Shown piece after piece: positions 49,724-63,715 of a stretch of DNA of 64,000 nucleotides. The number at the start of each line of letters is the position of its first letter. Position 1 is the stretch's first letter. The notes beneath the pieces were generated by a model that did no database searches, was not told where the DNA came from, and worked only from the letters and a program-made list of their open reading frames with translations. The position numbers and the translations under genes were made by a program. This stretch comes from Octopus bimaculoides (Eukaryota). The stretch is from NCBI RefSeq assembly GCF_001194135.2, contig NC_068982.1, positions 151,677,633-151,741,632 of the forward strand, read 5' to 3'.

Positions 49724-51150
49724 TGACTCTGTCTTTCTCCTTTCTTTCTTTCAATCTATGTCTGTGTGTATATGAATATGAGCAGTGAAGTATATTGATG
49801 AATTATAAAATAAAACAAAAACACTTCTATTTGGAAACTTGTACACACCAGCAGATTTATAATTTTTCCTTCCAGCAGAAATAGTTGGCAAAATATTTTG
49901 ATTTAATTCTTACATGTGAACTTTTCCGTGATAATTGCTTTTCTTTCTACATTTCATTTTGCCAGTACTTGTCTTTAGTCTTTATGTTATTGTTTCTCTT
50001 CTTTTTATTGTTATTAATAATAATAGTCTGTGTCAATTTTCATGGTCTACTGCAATTACTGAGAATGTTTAAACTAGCGTTCACACCTTCTTACGTGCAA
50101 ATGTCTTGCTGTCAGAATCGTTCTGCTGGTGTTTATAGGAAACAAATTATTAGAAAACAAAATTGAAATCAGTGTATGCATAAGTGTATACGTGTCTGTC
50201 GACCTGTCTGCTTGCCTGTTTGTCTGCCTGCCTGTCTGTCTGTATATTATATATGCGCGTATTCGTATGTATATATGTCTTTATGTATGTATGTATGTAT
50301 GTATGTATGTATGTATGTATGTATGTATTATACAGATGATTCACTAGTTTCGAACGTTCTAAGATGCAGGTTTTCTTCATCCAGTTCAGAAGCCCAGCCA
50401 CCGCGTTGTTGTTCATTGTAACCGTGTAAACACGAAGAATTGATTCTTTCTTTCTTTCTTACTTTCTTTCTTTCTTTCTTTCTCTTCCCCTCTCCCTCTC
50501 CCTCTCTCTACCCTCCTCTCCTCCTCTTTCTCTCTGCTGTAATCTGTGCAACGGTTTTTATAAATATAAATTCAGCTACCCCATCATGTTCCTGAAGCAT
50601 TAGAATTGAGCTAGTGGTGATGGTAATACCAAACAGCACTGTACAAGTACGTCGCAGTCCAAGGTGATTGATATAATGCGAAGTGAAAGAGGTGAATGAT
50701 AAATATTCAAGGTGTGCATGGGATGAATCTGTCTATTGTTGCGCAATTTTGAAGTAACGAATGCATTTTGTGCAACATCTGAAACGTACTGTTTTAATAT
50801 ATTCCACGATAATCAGTAAGAAACGAAAATCAGTGAAGAGTGAATAAGAGAAGATCGGCGAAGCGTGAAATGTCAAAAAAATGTGAGTGTGTGGAGAAGT
50901 GACAAGTATTGGCCTCGGATGCCTTTAAGCCTTGTTATCATTCAGTGCAAACCACGAATGCCTGAACATTTAAGGAATAAAATTTGTGAGAAAGCTGATA
51001 AATATTTATTGCATCTGTTACTCAGATCATAATGATTATTATGCTCTTAATAAAGCAAAGTACTGTTATTTGGGTATACCTGCAACGTACAGTTATGCGG
51101 TACAGTTTTCGTTATCAGTAAGCATTTGGACCTTAACAATTTATCCTATT

Positions 51151-51181
<31 letters not shown>

Positions 51182-51281
51182 NNNNNNNNNNTATATATGT
51201 GTGTGTGTGTGTGTGCGTCTGCTTGCCTGTATGTCTGTAGTATGTATGTATGTATGTATGTATGTATGTATGTACGTACTT

Positions 51282-51330
<49 letters not shown>

Positions 51331-51649
51331 GTTTATACTTGTGCAAAAGTCAAATTTTTCAGAATTTTTCTAATTTGTGGGTTCGACTATTAAAATGGAT
51401 AGTACTTTTGTGGGGCTGAAATCCAAGCTACAATCCGAAGTACCGTATCAGCAGCAGAAGCCCAACTGGTCTCTAAGCAAATAAAACCAAAAACACAAGG
51501 AATTACAGTACTATTACCAATTCTTTTCCTCAAAATAAACGTCCTGGTAAATAACAAAACCCATAAAGAAGACCACGTAGCTCTTATAAATATCTACACT
51601 TTCTCTTTTATTTAAGTCCCTCAAACTTAACAGACTAGCTGAATGAAAT

Positions 51650-52400
51650 CAATTTATATCTCATAATTATGTTATATTACCACCAGTAAATTTGGAAATT
51701 TCTCCTTCGGCACAGTTTTTCTCTTAAAGACAACCATCGGTTTTAATTTAGTACTATCAGCCATACATGAAAGAAATAAAGTCACCTTACTTTTCTAGTG
51801 GCCAGTGGTTCTCATGAATACTGTTTTTACTCCTTTTTGATTCACAGTTCGATTCTCTGGCATGTCAAGAGTAACAGGCGTTTCGTCCATGTTCCCAATG
51901 CATAATAATGAATACTCCTCTTTCTGCTGATATCTGATTACAAACCGAGGAAATTCTATTACCTTATCATCCAGATCAGCAGGCAGCTTTTGTGCGAAGT
52001 ACTAAGTCACAACGTCTCATGAACCTAGTGCAGCGTCCAGCACTCACTTTAAAATCTGAGATTCCATCCTTCTTTGATTCCTTTCGTGCATGAATTTGGA
52101 TGGCTTCACGAGTAACACACTTTCCATTTTGACGATTTTCAAGTACTCACTCGGCAATTTTTTTCTCCAATTGTGGCCAGTTGTTAGGTTTTCCTCTCTT
52201 AGCACATTTTCTTTTTAGATTGTCTGAAATTTGTTAGATATCTTTCTTCAGTTTCTCTGAAACACAGAATTCTCTTGCTGCAACGCATTTATTTGTCTTC
52301 TCAGCAACTTCAATAACTTTTAGTTTCAATGCTGCTGCATATTTGTTGTTTTTCTGGAGAGCATATTTACGTAAAAAGACGGAGAAATTTTAAACCCCCA
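51650..52400 (-). mobile_element. pogo/Tigger-type transposase remnant
   Basis: Minus strand: FAQKLPADLDDKVIEF..FV...IGNMDETPVTLDMP. Confidence 0.75.
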
Positions 52401-52993
52401 ACTATACGACTGTATTACATGGGTGCTATACGGAAACTGAGGTCAGCTGAGCTGCAAAGAATACTAACCTGACTTTAAAAAAAATCCCGACTCTGACCTG
52501 ATATTTTAAAATTTCCACGCCAAATTCCTTCATGGCCCTCTGTGTTCTTACATACTTCTTTTATGTTTAAATTGCCGTAGCATTTTAAGCTATTTTTCTA
52601 TGATAAAAGTTGTCGGTTTGACTCCCATACAGTTCCATAGATCATTGTAGCTGGGAAGAACGTTAAAAACTGCACGTCAAATCGAATCCTGCAGAAAGGA
52701 ATAGCGGTACAAATTATGTTATGCCATGAAACAAGATCTGTAATAAAAATAGATCAGTAGGAAACCTACAGCAATAATATAAAGTTAATGCATTTCGGTC
52801 TAGGTGCTATCGTATTCACGCTCACGATCAGTTGCCATTTCGTGGAATGGGTTCGCCACACGATTCATATAAGGTAAACAATGTGTCGTGTTCCGTGTAT
52901 ATTTCAATAATGAAAAAAAGAAGAAAGTTGCAGGTTGTCATGTGCAGTTACCAATAAATGTCTATAATATGGTGTCGAATTGTTAATCTGGAG

Positions 52994-53120
52994 CAGGGAC
53001 TCCCAAAGTGTGTTCTGAAAAACCCCAAGGCTCCCTGAAAGTTATCAGGAGTTCCATGTTTTTAAAAATAATGTCGAAGGATTCCGCGGCAAAAAAAAAA
53101 ATATAGTTTGGGAATCACTG
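52994..53120. mobile_element. hAT (Charlie-like) MITE
   Basis: TIRs CAGGGACTCCCAAA / CAGTGATTCCCAAA; 8-bp flanks ATCTGGAG / ATCTAGTG resembling an NTCTAGAN TSD. Confidence 0.7.
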
Positions 53121-54395
53121 ATCTAGTGATTAACTAAATGTTTTTAGGCTTACCAAAGTCATGCCTCTGTATGAATTCGTACAGTAGTGTTCGCTGTTGT
53201 TCCCCGACAGTGCTGCCTGTGAAACACGTTTCTCACCATGTAAACAATGAGCGTATGACGCATGTTTATTGTGTTTGAAGATGTATGCAGGCTTGCAGCA
53301 TATCCTGTGCATAATTTTAGTAATGGTGATGCAGAACCCATCAACAGATATGTAATTCTCGCTATTAAATGGCGTTTTACTATAAGCACCGAGCATTTCA
53401 TTATAAGCGCCAAGCATTCCACCTATAGAGCAGGCTACAATAATGTAGCCACACAATTTTGTAACAGTGTTACTTCTATGTACGGGATCATACGCTACCT
53501 TGACTCATAAAGGTTGTCTTGTTGTTCTACTATATATNNNNNNNNNNNNNNNNNNNNNNNNNNNNNNNNNNNNNNNNNNNNNNNNNNNNNNNNNNNNNNN
53601 NNNNNNNNNNNNNNNNNNNNNNNNNNNNNNNNNNNNNNNNNNNNNNNNNNNNNNNNNNNNNNNNNNNNNNNNNNNNNNNNNNNNNNNNNNNNNNNNNNNN
53701 NNNNNNNNNNNNNNNNNNNNNNNNNNNNNNNNNNNNNNNNNNNNNNNNNNNNNNNNNNNNNNNNNNNNNNNNNNNNNNNNNNNNNNNNNNNNNNNNNNNN
53801 NNNNNNNNNNNNNNNNNNNNNNNNNNNNNNNNNNNNNNNNNNNNNNNNNNNNNNNNNNNNNNNNNNNNNNNNNNNNNNNNNNNNNNNNNNNNNNNNNNNN
53901 NNNNNNNNNNNNNNNNNNNNNNNNNNNNNNNNNNNNNNNNNNNNNNNNNNNNNNNNNNNNNNNNNNNNNNNNNNNNNNNNNNNNNNNNNNNNNNNNNNNN
54001 NNNNNNNNNNNNNNNNNNNNNNNNNNNNNNNNNNNNNNNNNNNNNNNNNNNNNNNNNNNNNNNNNNNNNNNNNNNNNNNNNNNNNNNNNNNNNNNNNNNN
54101 NNNNNNNNNNNNNNNNNNNNNNNNNNNNNNNNNNNNNNNNNNNNNNNNNNNNNNNNNNNNNNNNNNNNNNNNNNNNNNNNNNNNNNNNNNNNNNNNNNNN
54201 NNNNNNNNNNNNNNNNNNNNNNNNNNNNNNNNNNNNNNNNNNNNNNNNNNNNNNNNNNNNNNNNNNNNNNNNNNNNNNNNNNNNNNNNNNNNNNNNNNNN
54301 NNNNNNNNNNNNNNNNNNNNNNNNNNNNNNNNNNNNNNNNNNNNNNNNNNNNNNNNNNNNNNNNNNNNNNNNNNNNNNNNNNNNNNNNNNNNNNN

Positions 54396-54437
<42 letters not shown>

Positions 54438-54737
54438 TACATATATAGGGGCGAGCAGATCGAAACACTGGTTTTCTTCTGCTTACAAAGGTGTTTTCCT
54501 ATTTTACAGTGAGTTCCTTACAGGTTTATCATACATCAACGTTTCAAAATCTTTATTAACTCATATTGAGGATGAAATGATGTTGGCGTTTGCTGAAGTC
54601 ATGTACATGTCATAAATCAGGTGCATATTTTTGTTTATGATTACTAAATATTTCCCCTCAGTCATATTTTTTTCCGGCTGTCTTTGTACCTATATTTATT
54701 GAAGTCTCTTCTCTGTTTTATTTTTGGACTATTATAT

Positions 54738-55133
54738 TTTACTTGTTTCAGTAATTGGACTGATGCCATGCTAGGACACTGCCTTGAGGTTTTTAGTCGA
54801 AAGTATCGATCCTAGTGCTAATGTTTTTTAAAGCATTTAGACCTTTACGTATAATAAGCCCGGACACAGAGCCGGTGACATAGACATACCAACACCGCTT
54901 GTCAAACGATGATGGGGAAAAGCACAAAGATACAACCACAAAGGTACACCCACAGAGCTGCATACATATATATGACGGGCTTCTATCACATTCAGCCTAC
55001 TAAATCCACTGGCAAGGATTTGATCGGTCTGGGGTATTGTAGAAGTCATTTGCCCAAGGTGCCACACAGTAACAATAGACCCGGAACTAGGATGTTGGGA
55101 AGTAAACCGTTTACCACACAGCCACGCCTGCAT
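54738..55133 (-). mobile_element. tRNA-derived SINE family E (internal microsatellite, CAGCATGGC tail), diverged
   Basis: Minus strand: GCAGGCGTGGCTGTGTGGTAA head, GGCACCTTGGGCAAATGACTTCTAC, GAAGCCCGTC, tail CTGAAACAAGTAAAA. Confidence 0.7.
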
Positions 55134-55612
55134 CTATTGTTAATTTCTCTTTCTACTTTCTCTCTCCCAACGTCTTCCACTTCTCTATGAACTTTATTTT
55201 ACACCAATATCCCTGCAAGCACGTCTATCACACACGTGTACCATACACTTCACATTTCCCTAGCCGTCTCTTTCACACTCACATCCCCTGCTACCATCAT
55301 TTTCATGCTTCTTCTCCCATAATATAATTACACATAAACACCTACTACCCACACACCCACTATCCCCCACCACTATTCTTTCAGATTTGCACACCTTTAC
55401 ACACACACATGCTCCCATAAAGTTCACAGACTTATACTTTTATGATATCCACTTCAGTACATGGATACACTCCTATATACAGACACCCCCCCCCCCTTGC
55501 CTAGTCTTTACTTCATACCCATAGCATCGTATTGCCAACTGGCCTTTAGTCCCCTCACCTATTCTTCTTCTTCACTAACTTTTCCTGTTTTACTCGTTTT
55601 TTCAAGTTTGTT

Positions 55613-55864
55613 TCTTTTATTCTTTTACTTGATTCAGTCATTTGACTGCGGCCATACTGGAGCACCACCTTTAGTCGAACAAATCGAATCCAGGACTTAT
55701 TCTTTGTAAGCCTAGTATTTATTCTATCGGTGTTTTTGCCGAACCACTAAGTTACGGGGACGTAAACATACCAACGTTGGTTGTCAAGCGATTATGGGGG
55801 GAACAAACACAGACAGACACACAAATAAATGCATGCATACATACATCCATATGTACATACACAC

Positions 55865-55908
<44 letters not shown>

Positions 55909-56037
55909 GACGAGGTTCCTTCTTTCAGATTCCATCTACCAAATCCACTCACAAGGCTTTGGTCGGCGCAAGGTGCCACGCAGTGGAACTGAACCAGGAA
56001 CCATGTGGTTGGGAAGCAAGCTTCTTACCCCACATTC
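55613..56037 (-). mobile_element. tRNA-derived SINE family E
   Basis: Minus strand: GTAAGAAGCTTGCTTCCCAACCACATGGTTCCTGGTTCAGTTCCACTGCGTGGCACCTTG ... GGTGCTCCAGTATGGCCGCAGTCAAATGACTGAATCAAGTAAAAGA. Confidence 0.8.
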
Positions 56038-56202
56038 NNNNNNNNNNNNNNNNNNNNNNNNNNNNNNNNNNNNNNNNNNNNNNNNNNNNNNNNNNNNNNN
56101 NNNNNNNNNNNNNNNNNNNNNNNNNNNNNNNNNNNNNNNNNNNNNNNNNNNNNNNNNNNNNNNNNNNNNNNNNNNNNNNNNNNNNNNNNNNNNNNNNNNN
56201 NN

Positions 56203-56280
<78 letters not shown>

Positions 56281-57299
56281 TTATTTATATATATATGAAT
56301 CATTGTCCGTTCCTAATCTTCGGGTTTCCACACATGAATGTCAGGCATCGACACTCTATAAATAAAGTATTTAGAGAGCTTGAAATATCTACTTGCCTAG
56401 TAAAACGTCTAAAAATATTGGATGCTTTTTCTTAAAAATTCAGGTGGCTTTGAATTACACTAATTTCTATTGTGGCATGTTATAGATGACAAAATAAGGG
56501 CTGATGAACCACAAGAAAGACATCGGGTTTACAGAAACAAGTAAAATATTCTAGCACAATCTTAGAATTAGTGTAAGTTTTATAGTGCAGAGAGAAACCA
56601 ACTAATCATATGCGAAGCCGAAATGCATTATCGTCTGTATAAGACTATATTTCAAAGAGAATAAAAGTTAAAATGACGCATATTAATTAGAATATATGAC
56701 TTTCGATAAAAGTCTCAGGCGAAAATAATCATATTAGATTATAATTAAGATTCTTTAAACTGAATGCCTGTCAAATTTCTACTGACCCTGTCTCAAGATA
56801 TGAAGTAATGCATTTAAAACATAAAACATTCATGAATTATTTTGGCTAGACTGAAAATAATTTTCTGTAAAGTAGCTGATTGGGAAAAAAATAGTAGATT
56901 ATAAAACTGAATTTAATATGCTGCCAAGAGTAGAAGGTAAATTTGATCCTAGTATAACATGATAACAGAAATCAGCCAAGCCGACTTGATCTGTATCACT
57001 GTATGAGCATTGATAAAATACATGTTATTGAAACCAAAATGAATTAGTTTCTTAAATGAGACATAAGAACGGCAATATCAAGGAGAGTTAATTACTCGCC
57101 GATATTTATAACTTTACTTTAAAAGCTTTAAAAGCCTCAGCGAAGACAAGTAAATTAAATTAGAAATCAAGGTAAGTCGAACATTTTCATTAGACATTAC
57201 AGGACAATACAATGTGGAGTTACATAGAAAGGCTTGTAAAACAGTAAAAAAAAGCAGTAACAATATAAAGTTATAACAATGTTCACACTGGCACATTCA

Positions 57300-57775
57300 G
57301 GAAATCAAGTGGGTACCTATCAAACGTTTGAGCAGGTTTGCGAGGCTTTTGCATACACTATCTAACAACTAGTTCCACACAATCCAAGCGTCCAAGATGG
57401 TGTTCTAGTCACCCATTACCGTTAAAGATCGAGACGCTCTCAGGAAAACATTCAGATGTCTGTAGAAATCTGCTTGTTCTGCCCTTGTCGGAGCATAAAC
57501 AGCCACCAATGTGAAGCCCCACCCTAGTCACTACTGTTCATATTCAGGATCACCAACTTACTTTCTGGGTCCAGGAAGATAGTCCTTACCTTGAGATCCA
57601 GACCTCTTCGGATTACACCGCAGTTTTATCCTTCATTTCCGGTTGACATGGAGATAATTCAATCTCGAATCCAGCGGAAACGGGCATGAATGCTCGTCGG
57701 TCGGAGAGTCTGATTTAACTGATAGCCGCTACATCTAAACTTAGTGACCTGAGGTCATTGAGTAGGTGACCCTCT
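57300..57775 (-). mobile_element. L1/Tx1-type APE endonuclease remnant (an ORF1-like degraded sequence may continue to ~58310)
   Basis: Minus strand: LLNDLRSLSLDVAAIS; RRGLDLKVRTIFLDPESKLVILNM; LVAVYAPT..EQADFYRHL; VMGD*N. Confidence 0.72.
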
Positions 57776-58317
57776 TTCCAAGGCGACCCCGGTTACATGT
57801 ATTTCTACTGCCTATTTTGAGCAAGGCCATGTTTTTTAGAAAGGATAATGAAGAGAATCACTTCATATTTGTGGAGAGACATGTTTTGCCTGAGCTATTT
57901 GTGGGTGTTGCACTAGCATTTCTTTGTAGAGTCTTTTATTTATGGTCTCACGACGAATTACCATTCTTTGGAATATCTTATCTTTAGTTTGTTGTAAGTT
58001 TGTTGTGTTGTTTTTATATTTTTTATGTGAATAGAGAGGTGTTGTGCAGGAGGCGCTGTATTCATTTATAGTGATGTCTGTGCATTTTTGAAAATGTTTT
58101 ATTAAGGTCTTTTTGTTTGTGTCTATGACCGTATAACTGGCGATCCCTTGCGAATGCTGCTCCTATTGTTGATCTGGAATGCTGTGTTTACGTTTGTTGA
58201 GGTATTTGTAATGTTGGTGATGTTTGTAACTGCGTTGGTGTAGGTTGTGTGGGTGTGTGATGGCTTGCTGCTTTCTGTGTTTCCTTCTCCAATCTCTTTG
58301 ATTTTAGTCATGTATCG

Positions 58318-58866
58318 TGCAGTACCAGGCAGTGGCTCTCATGGCTTCTGATCTTAACTGATTGGAAGTGTTATCATATACATGTTTTGGTTTGGTATAA
58401 AGGATGAGCTACAACAATACCGCAGATTTGCTTGTCAGTTGCTTGACCTTAACCAATTGAGCACATCCCTTGGTGGCTGACAATATGTGCATCTCTGATC
58501 ACGAGCAGGCGTAGTGTGGAGCCAATAGCGATGTTCCAAGTGGAATTTGTGAGGAGTTGAATAATTCACCTCTGGAAACATGGGTGTTTCGTTCAACATC
58601 TTTAAACAACCCTTATTCAGGAACCTTTTGAGCAGGATGGGCTACTCGAAAATTCTAACTGGGCCTTACCTGATAGGTCATGCGCTGTTCATCTTGATAC
58701 GAAATCACCATGTTGTGCACATATGTTTGTTATGCATATACCTGGTGTACCCTTATCAGGTGGTTCGTTATGTTGGGTATATTGGGTTTCGTATATTTGT
58801 ACCCCAGTGTCACTTTGATGGCATGCACTGCTCTCTCACTCTACAATATTAATAGTGATAATAATG

Positions 58867-58925
<59 letters not shown>
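58318..58925 (+). mobile_element. Element B, second copy, with (AAT)n tail
   Basis: Colinear with 15383-15952. Confidence 0.75.
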
Positions 58926-58929
58926 CTCT

Positions 58930-59035
58930 TACATTGGCACGAAGTAAAAAATTTGGTAGGAAGAGACTAGTCGATTAAATCGATTCCAGTACATTATTTT
59001 ACCGACACAGGAAGAACGAACTACACGGAATTTGC
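58930..59035 (-). mobile_element. Degraded SINE family A 3' fragment
   Basis: actagtcgattaaatcgattccagtac remnant abutting the TAA tract. Confidence 0.5.
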
Positions 59036-59892
59036 AAAACACTTGTTAATTTTATCCTCTGATGTTTAAATTTTATTTTAAAATATTTTACTGCCAGGAA
59101 ACAGTTTTAGACAAATTGTTAAATACCAGTTTTATTATTTACGCATAAGTAAATAAGTTAAGGCAAAATATATTCGTTCTCAATTTTCGTCTCTGGATTT
59201 TGCTAAAGATGTCATATTCGAACTGCAAATCGGATTTAGTTAAAAGGTTTGATACTTACTTTCTACACCAGTTTTAATTAATTTGATCTTGTTCCCATCA
59301 AGATTTCTCAATTTCGATTAACATCTCTACTTATTCACTCGATAGTCAACACGAGTTCGATGGTGTATAAAGTTCTTTAAACTATTTGCTTTCTCGTACT
59401 TGGCACGATTTATTAGCACTGTCATCTATGTTCTGACTGCTGCTATTTTACTATCATTCTTGCGTGTTACTCACTTTAGAAACAACTTGGCATCATACTT
59501 TCAAGCGATCAGATATCAAATATTTGTTCAGTTTTTCTTCTCCAAATCAATATTTATGTTTTAACGTAACGAATTGAGTTACTGAGGTTTCAAATCTCCC
59601 AGAGGTCACTTCCTCATAAAAGAAGCAGATTTACCGTATCGCATTCGAGTAATCAATATATATAGGAATAATTCGGTGATACTACTTGCATTTGAAACAC
59701 GTGTTCAGGCGTTTATTTGAAGAACGCGATCGTATTTGAGGTATTTACCAATCTAAAAGATTTACCAATCTAAAAGATGTGTGTCGAATTCTGCTTTCTT
59801 AATATCTTTGATACTGTTTCTCCAGTTATTTTCTTGCTCGTCGTCGAGCTGTCTATTCTCTGTCTATCTGTCTGCCTCTCTCCTTCTTTGTA

Positions 59893-59946
<54 letters not shown>

Positions 59947-61378
59947 AATGTGTGTGTGCATTCACATATACCAGACTATCTACCTGCACCACCTACTTGA
60001 CGGAGTTCGATCACACTTTCTGTTTTCTTTCTGCCTCTCCATGTCTTTCTCTTTCTCACACTGTGCGCATACACACACATATATACACGCATTCATATAT
60101 ATACATGCATTCATATATATACGTATACTTTCATATATATATATATANNNNNNNNNNNNNNNNNNGTGTGTGTGTGTGTGTGTGCGCGCGCGAATGTGTG
60201 TGTGCATTCACATATACCAGACTATCTACCTGCACCACCTACTTGACGGAGTTCGATCACACTTTCTGTTTTCTTTCTGCCTCTCCATGTCTTTCTCTTT
60301 CTCACACTGTGCGCATACACACACATATATACACGCATTCACACATACTACCTACATTATGCTTAATAACAATAAATAATTTTTTCTTCCGGTGAGTCGA
60401 TGCTGCAATGTGAAAACAGTTCAATTCTCTACACAATATGTAGAAAAACAGGTATATGAATATTAGCTCAAGATGAAAATCGTTTTGCTTATTAGACACA
60501 ATGCAATTGTAATGAAGAACTCGAATCTTCGATCATCGAAGTAATAAATAAGGATGCCGGCAAAATAGTTTAAATGTTACAGCTGTATTCAGTCTGGGCC
60601 GAACTTCAAGGGAAGTTATTGTCGAGGCAACTGTTGAATTTGGAAGAGGAAGATTGGTAATACTTATTGTTAGAGAAAATGTGTATCTTTGTTGCTAACA
60701 AATGGTGATCGTTTATGAACGTTTTTTTTTTCTTAAGCACACAGATTATTCTTAAACAGTGATCGTATGATGCTTTAGTTTCCAAGAAATTAACACATAA
60801 ACACAAAATGCACCCACACGCACAGACACACCAACATACATCACTCACTCACACACATGCACACATATTACCACTGAAATAAATACTTGATTGTTCTCTG
60901 ACACAGGAAAACTTACTCATGTTTAGATGTTGGGAGTGCAGCAAAACCTCGTGGAGAATGAAAAGCTCTAAAACCACACTCTGCTCACTTATAAATAGTA
61001 TTTTGTTGGAAAATTCTAGTAGAAACTTAGCTTATATAAACCTTAGGTCGTATTGCTCTGGGATGTTCTACATATTTTACAAGGGACAGTTACATAATGA
61101 CATACATCTTAAAAATGATCACTTCGAAGTTTTGTGTAAACTGGCGTTGAAATCAGAGTTGGTACAAAAGCAATTGTAACTGATCATTAAAGGTGTGTTG
61201 ACATATTTCTTTGTCTGATTCTTTGGACAATATCTTACTTTTTTTTTAAACGTGCATCGTGAAACCAAGATTTCCTACACCTGAAGAATTTCGATATTAA
61301 TCTGCAATCTGACAGAGCTTAGGTTGAGTGCTGCATTGGAGATATTTTTTCTTTCTACCCCACCGGGACCTGATATGA

Positions 61379-61444
<66 letters not shown>

Positions 61445-61485
61445 GTGTGTGTACCTATGTATGCATGTACGACTCTGACTTATTA

Positions 61486-61935
61486 ACTAAATTCAGCTCG
61501 CGAGATCTGCAGCCATGCTGGAGCACCGCGGTTAGCTTTGCTAATCATTCAGTACTTGAAACTGCTTCTGATATGTGGCATTTGGTGAATGAGGGGGTTT
61601 CATGCTGCTGATCCCAACGGCCTTTTCTGTCGTGAGGTAAGCTCATCAGGACTCTTGACAGGTGGAGCCCCATACATCCACCCCATGCTCATCTCTGAGG
61701 CTATTTGGGAGGATATCGAAGTGCTGTGGGCCCTTGAAACCCAAGCTGTTGCAGTATCTGGTCCTGCGCATCTCAATGACGACATTAGGATCTTTGGCAT
61801 GGTGCAGTGGTGCCCCATTTTGTTGTTTATGTAACTTTCAAAGCCACAGTTTCGTACCATTCCTTCAAGGTCAGCACTACGACTATGAGTCTTATCGTTC
61901 CTCGGCAGAACCTCGATCATTGAGATACCTCACTG
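61486..61935 (-). mobile_element. CR1/L2-group LINE 3' end including its terminal tail
   Basis: Minus strand: GFKGPQHFDILPNSLRDEHGVD; SPDELTSRQ; then GCGGTGCTCCAGCATGGCTGCAG...GAGCTGAA. Confidence 0.65.
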
Positions 61936-62773
61936 TATTAATTCCACAACTCTCGAATGGTTAGCGAAGGCTATGGGCAGAGCCCTTCTTTCAGACAAAA
62001 CCATAACTAATATTAATAAAAACGAAGCCATCTAAAATAACTAATGACTCCTGAAAGCAGTATTGTTTTTCTATCGTATTTCACTCAAAATTTCAGACAT
62101 TGAATTAACAGAAATATAACAAATATCAGTAACCAGCCGAGATTAGCGTTTCTTTTAGGAATGTGTTTATTTGCGAAGTACCAGTTATATGCTGAGGTTT
62201 TGAATTAGTTTGTTCTTTTGAATAATACATATACAAATGTTAAATTTGGTTATGAAAGTCCAGCGTGTAATGAATATACCTTGAAACAGAATATAACAAT
62301 TGGTTGCGAATAATTCCACCGAAACCTTCCATAAATAAAGATAGTAAGTTAATTTTAATGAAAATAGTAATTTAATACGAGAGAGAAATGGAGTGAGTGG
62401 AATACCATTATTGAGTAAAGCAATTTCGGTTGATATGTAGTTTGACTTTAGAGAATAACGATCGATTTTTCAGTTGCATGATCGATCAAATTCATATAAA
62501 AATATGTCAACAAATACCCCTGGGGTGTTCCCAACAAATAAATCATCACTAATATTGACTAACAAATTAAGGCAATCTATCTTCCCATATTGCACGATGA
62601 ATATTACAAAATATTTTAAGGCATTCTTCCTCGAAGAGATATAACAGCGAGATTATCTAAAATGCAATATTAGAAAACACCGTATCAACCAATGAAAAGT
62701 ATACAAATGATATGCAACAGCACACACAAACAGATCTGCAAACATACACACATGCACACACACACACGCACAC

Positions 62774-62861
<88 letters not shown>

Positions 62862-63574
62862 GTTTGTGTGTGTTACATATTAAACAATGACCAAATGAAT
62901 ATAGTCTACATAAACAACTATTTCTCATTTAGCATTGTAATGATCTTGTAGCTTCAAGTGAGTAACATAACAAATTAGGAAAATTTAGCATTAGATTTCA
63001 TCAGTTTCGGTGAAGATAGAACCACACTTGTTTTCTCAGTGAGATTGTTCATACAATACTCAATATCTATTAAAAATCATAATATGGTATAACAGAAATT
63101 TGTCAGTTAAAAAAAAAGTAGCTTAGCATATTGGTTATTATAAAGATGTAGTCATAATTAAGTATCTTAGAATATAGAAATGTATGTTCATAGCTGCTTG
63201 GTTATATCAATGGAAATAATTTAATAAGTTTTGAATTATACAAAAAAAAACTGACTTCTTTATTAAAATATTCCTGAGGAAATGTAAGCATATGTGGAAC
63301 ATTATTATTATGAGTAAAATAGTACAAAAAAATTAAGAGTTAGAATGAAAAAAACATCTATATTTGATATATTAATCATAACTGAATGACAGGCAGCCAA
63401 GTTGATCTATTGTTCCTAAATCAGATAAATGCTTAACTATTTAGATCATATCACGAGCATTGTACTGATTTCATAAGCAATGAGCTGAATATCCACACTC
63501 AGTAACTTATCTGTAAGTATACATGTTCTATATATGGCCAAGTCGTTCTTAGCGCGACTGGTAACATGTAATCC

Positions 63575-63613
<39 letters not shown>

Positions 63614-63651
63614 ATACACACATACACACACACACATACACACACACACAC

Positions 63652-63713
<62 letters not shown>

Positions 63714-63715
<2 letters not shown>

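Noticed and set aside
56501-56545. CTGATGA...GAAACAAGTA
   Set aside because: Stem II is not contiguous with GAAA, and no stem I
59693-59710. GAAAC-ACGT-GTT palindromic stem III-like motif
   Set aside because: No properly placed CUGANGA or stem I upstream
59040-59760. Possible hAT transposase C-terminal remnant on the minus strand
   Set aside because: Resemblance too weak to support a call
59920-60341. Apparently identical ~175-bp tandem duplication
   Set aside because: The copies sit on either side of an 18-N gap (60148-60165), most simply an unmerged contig overlap or two haplotypes; the same pattern occurs around the 10-N gap at 49531-49540
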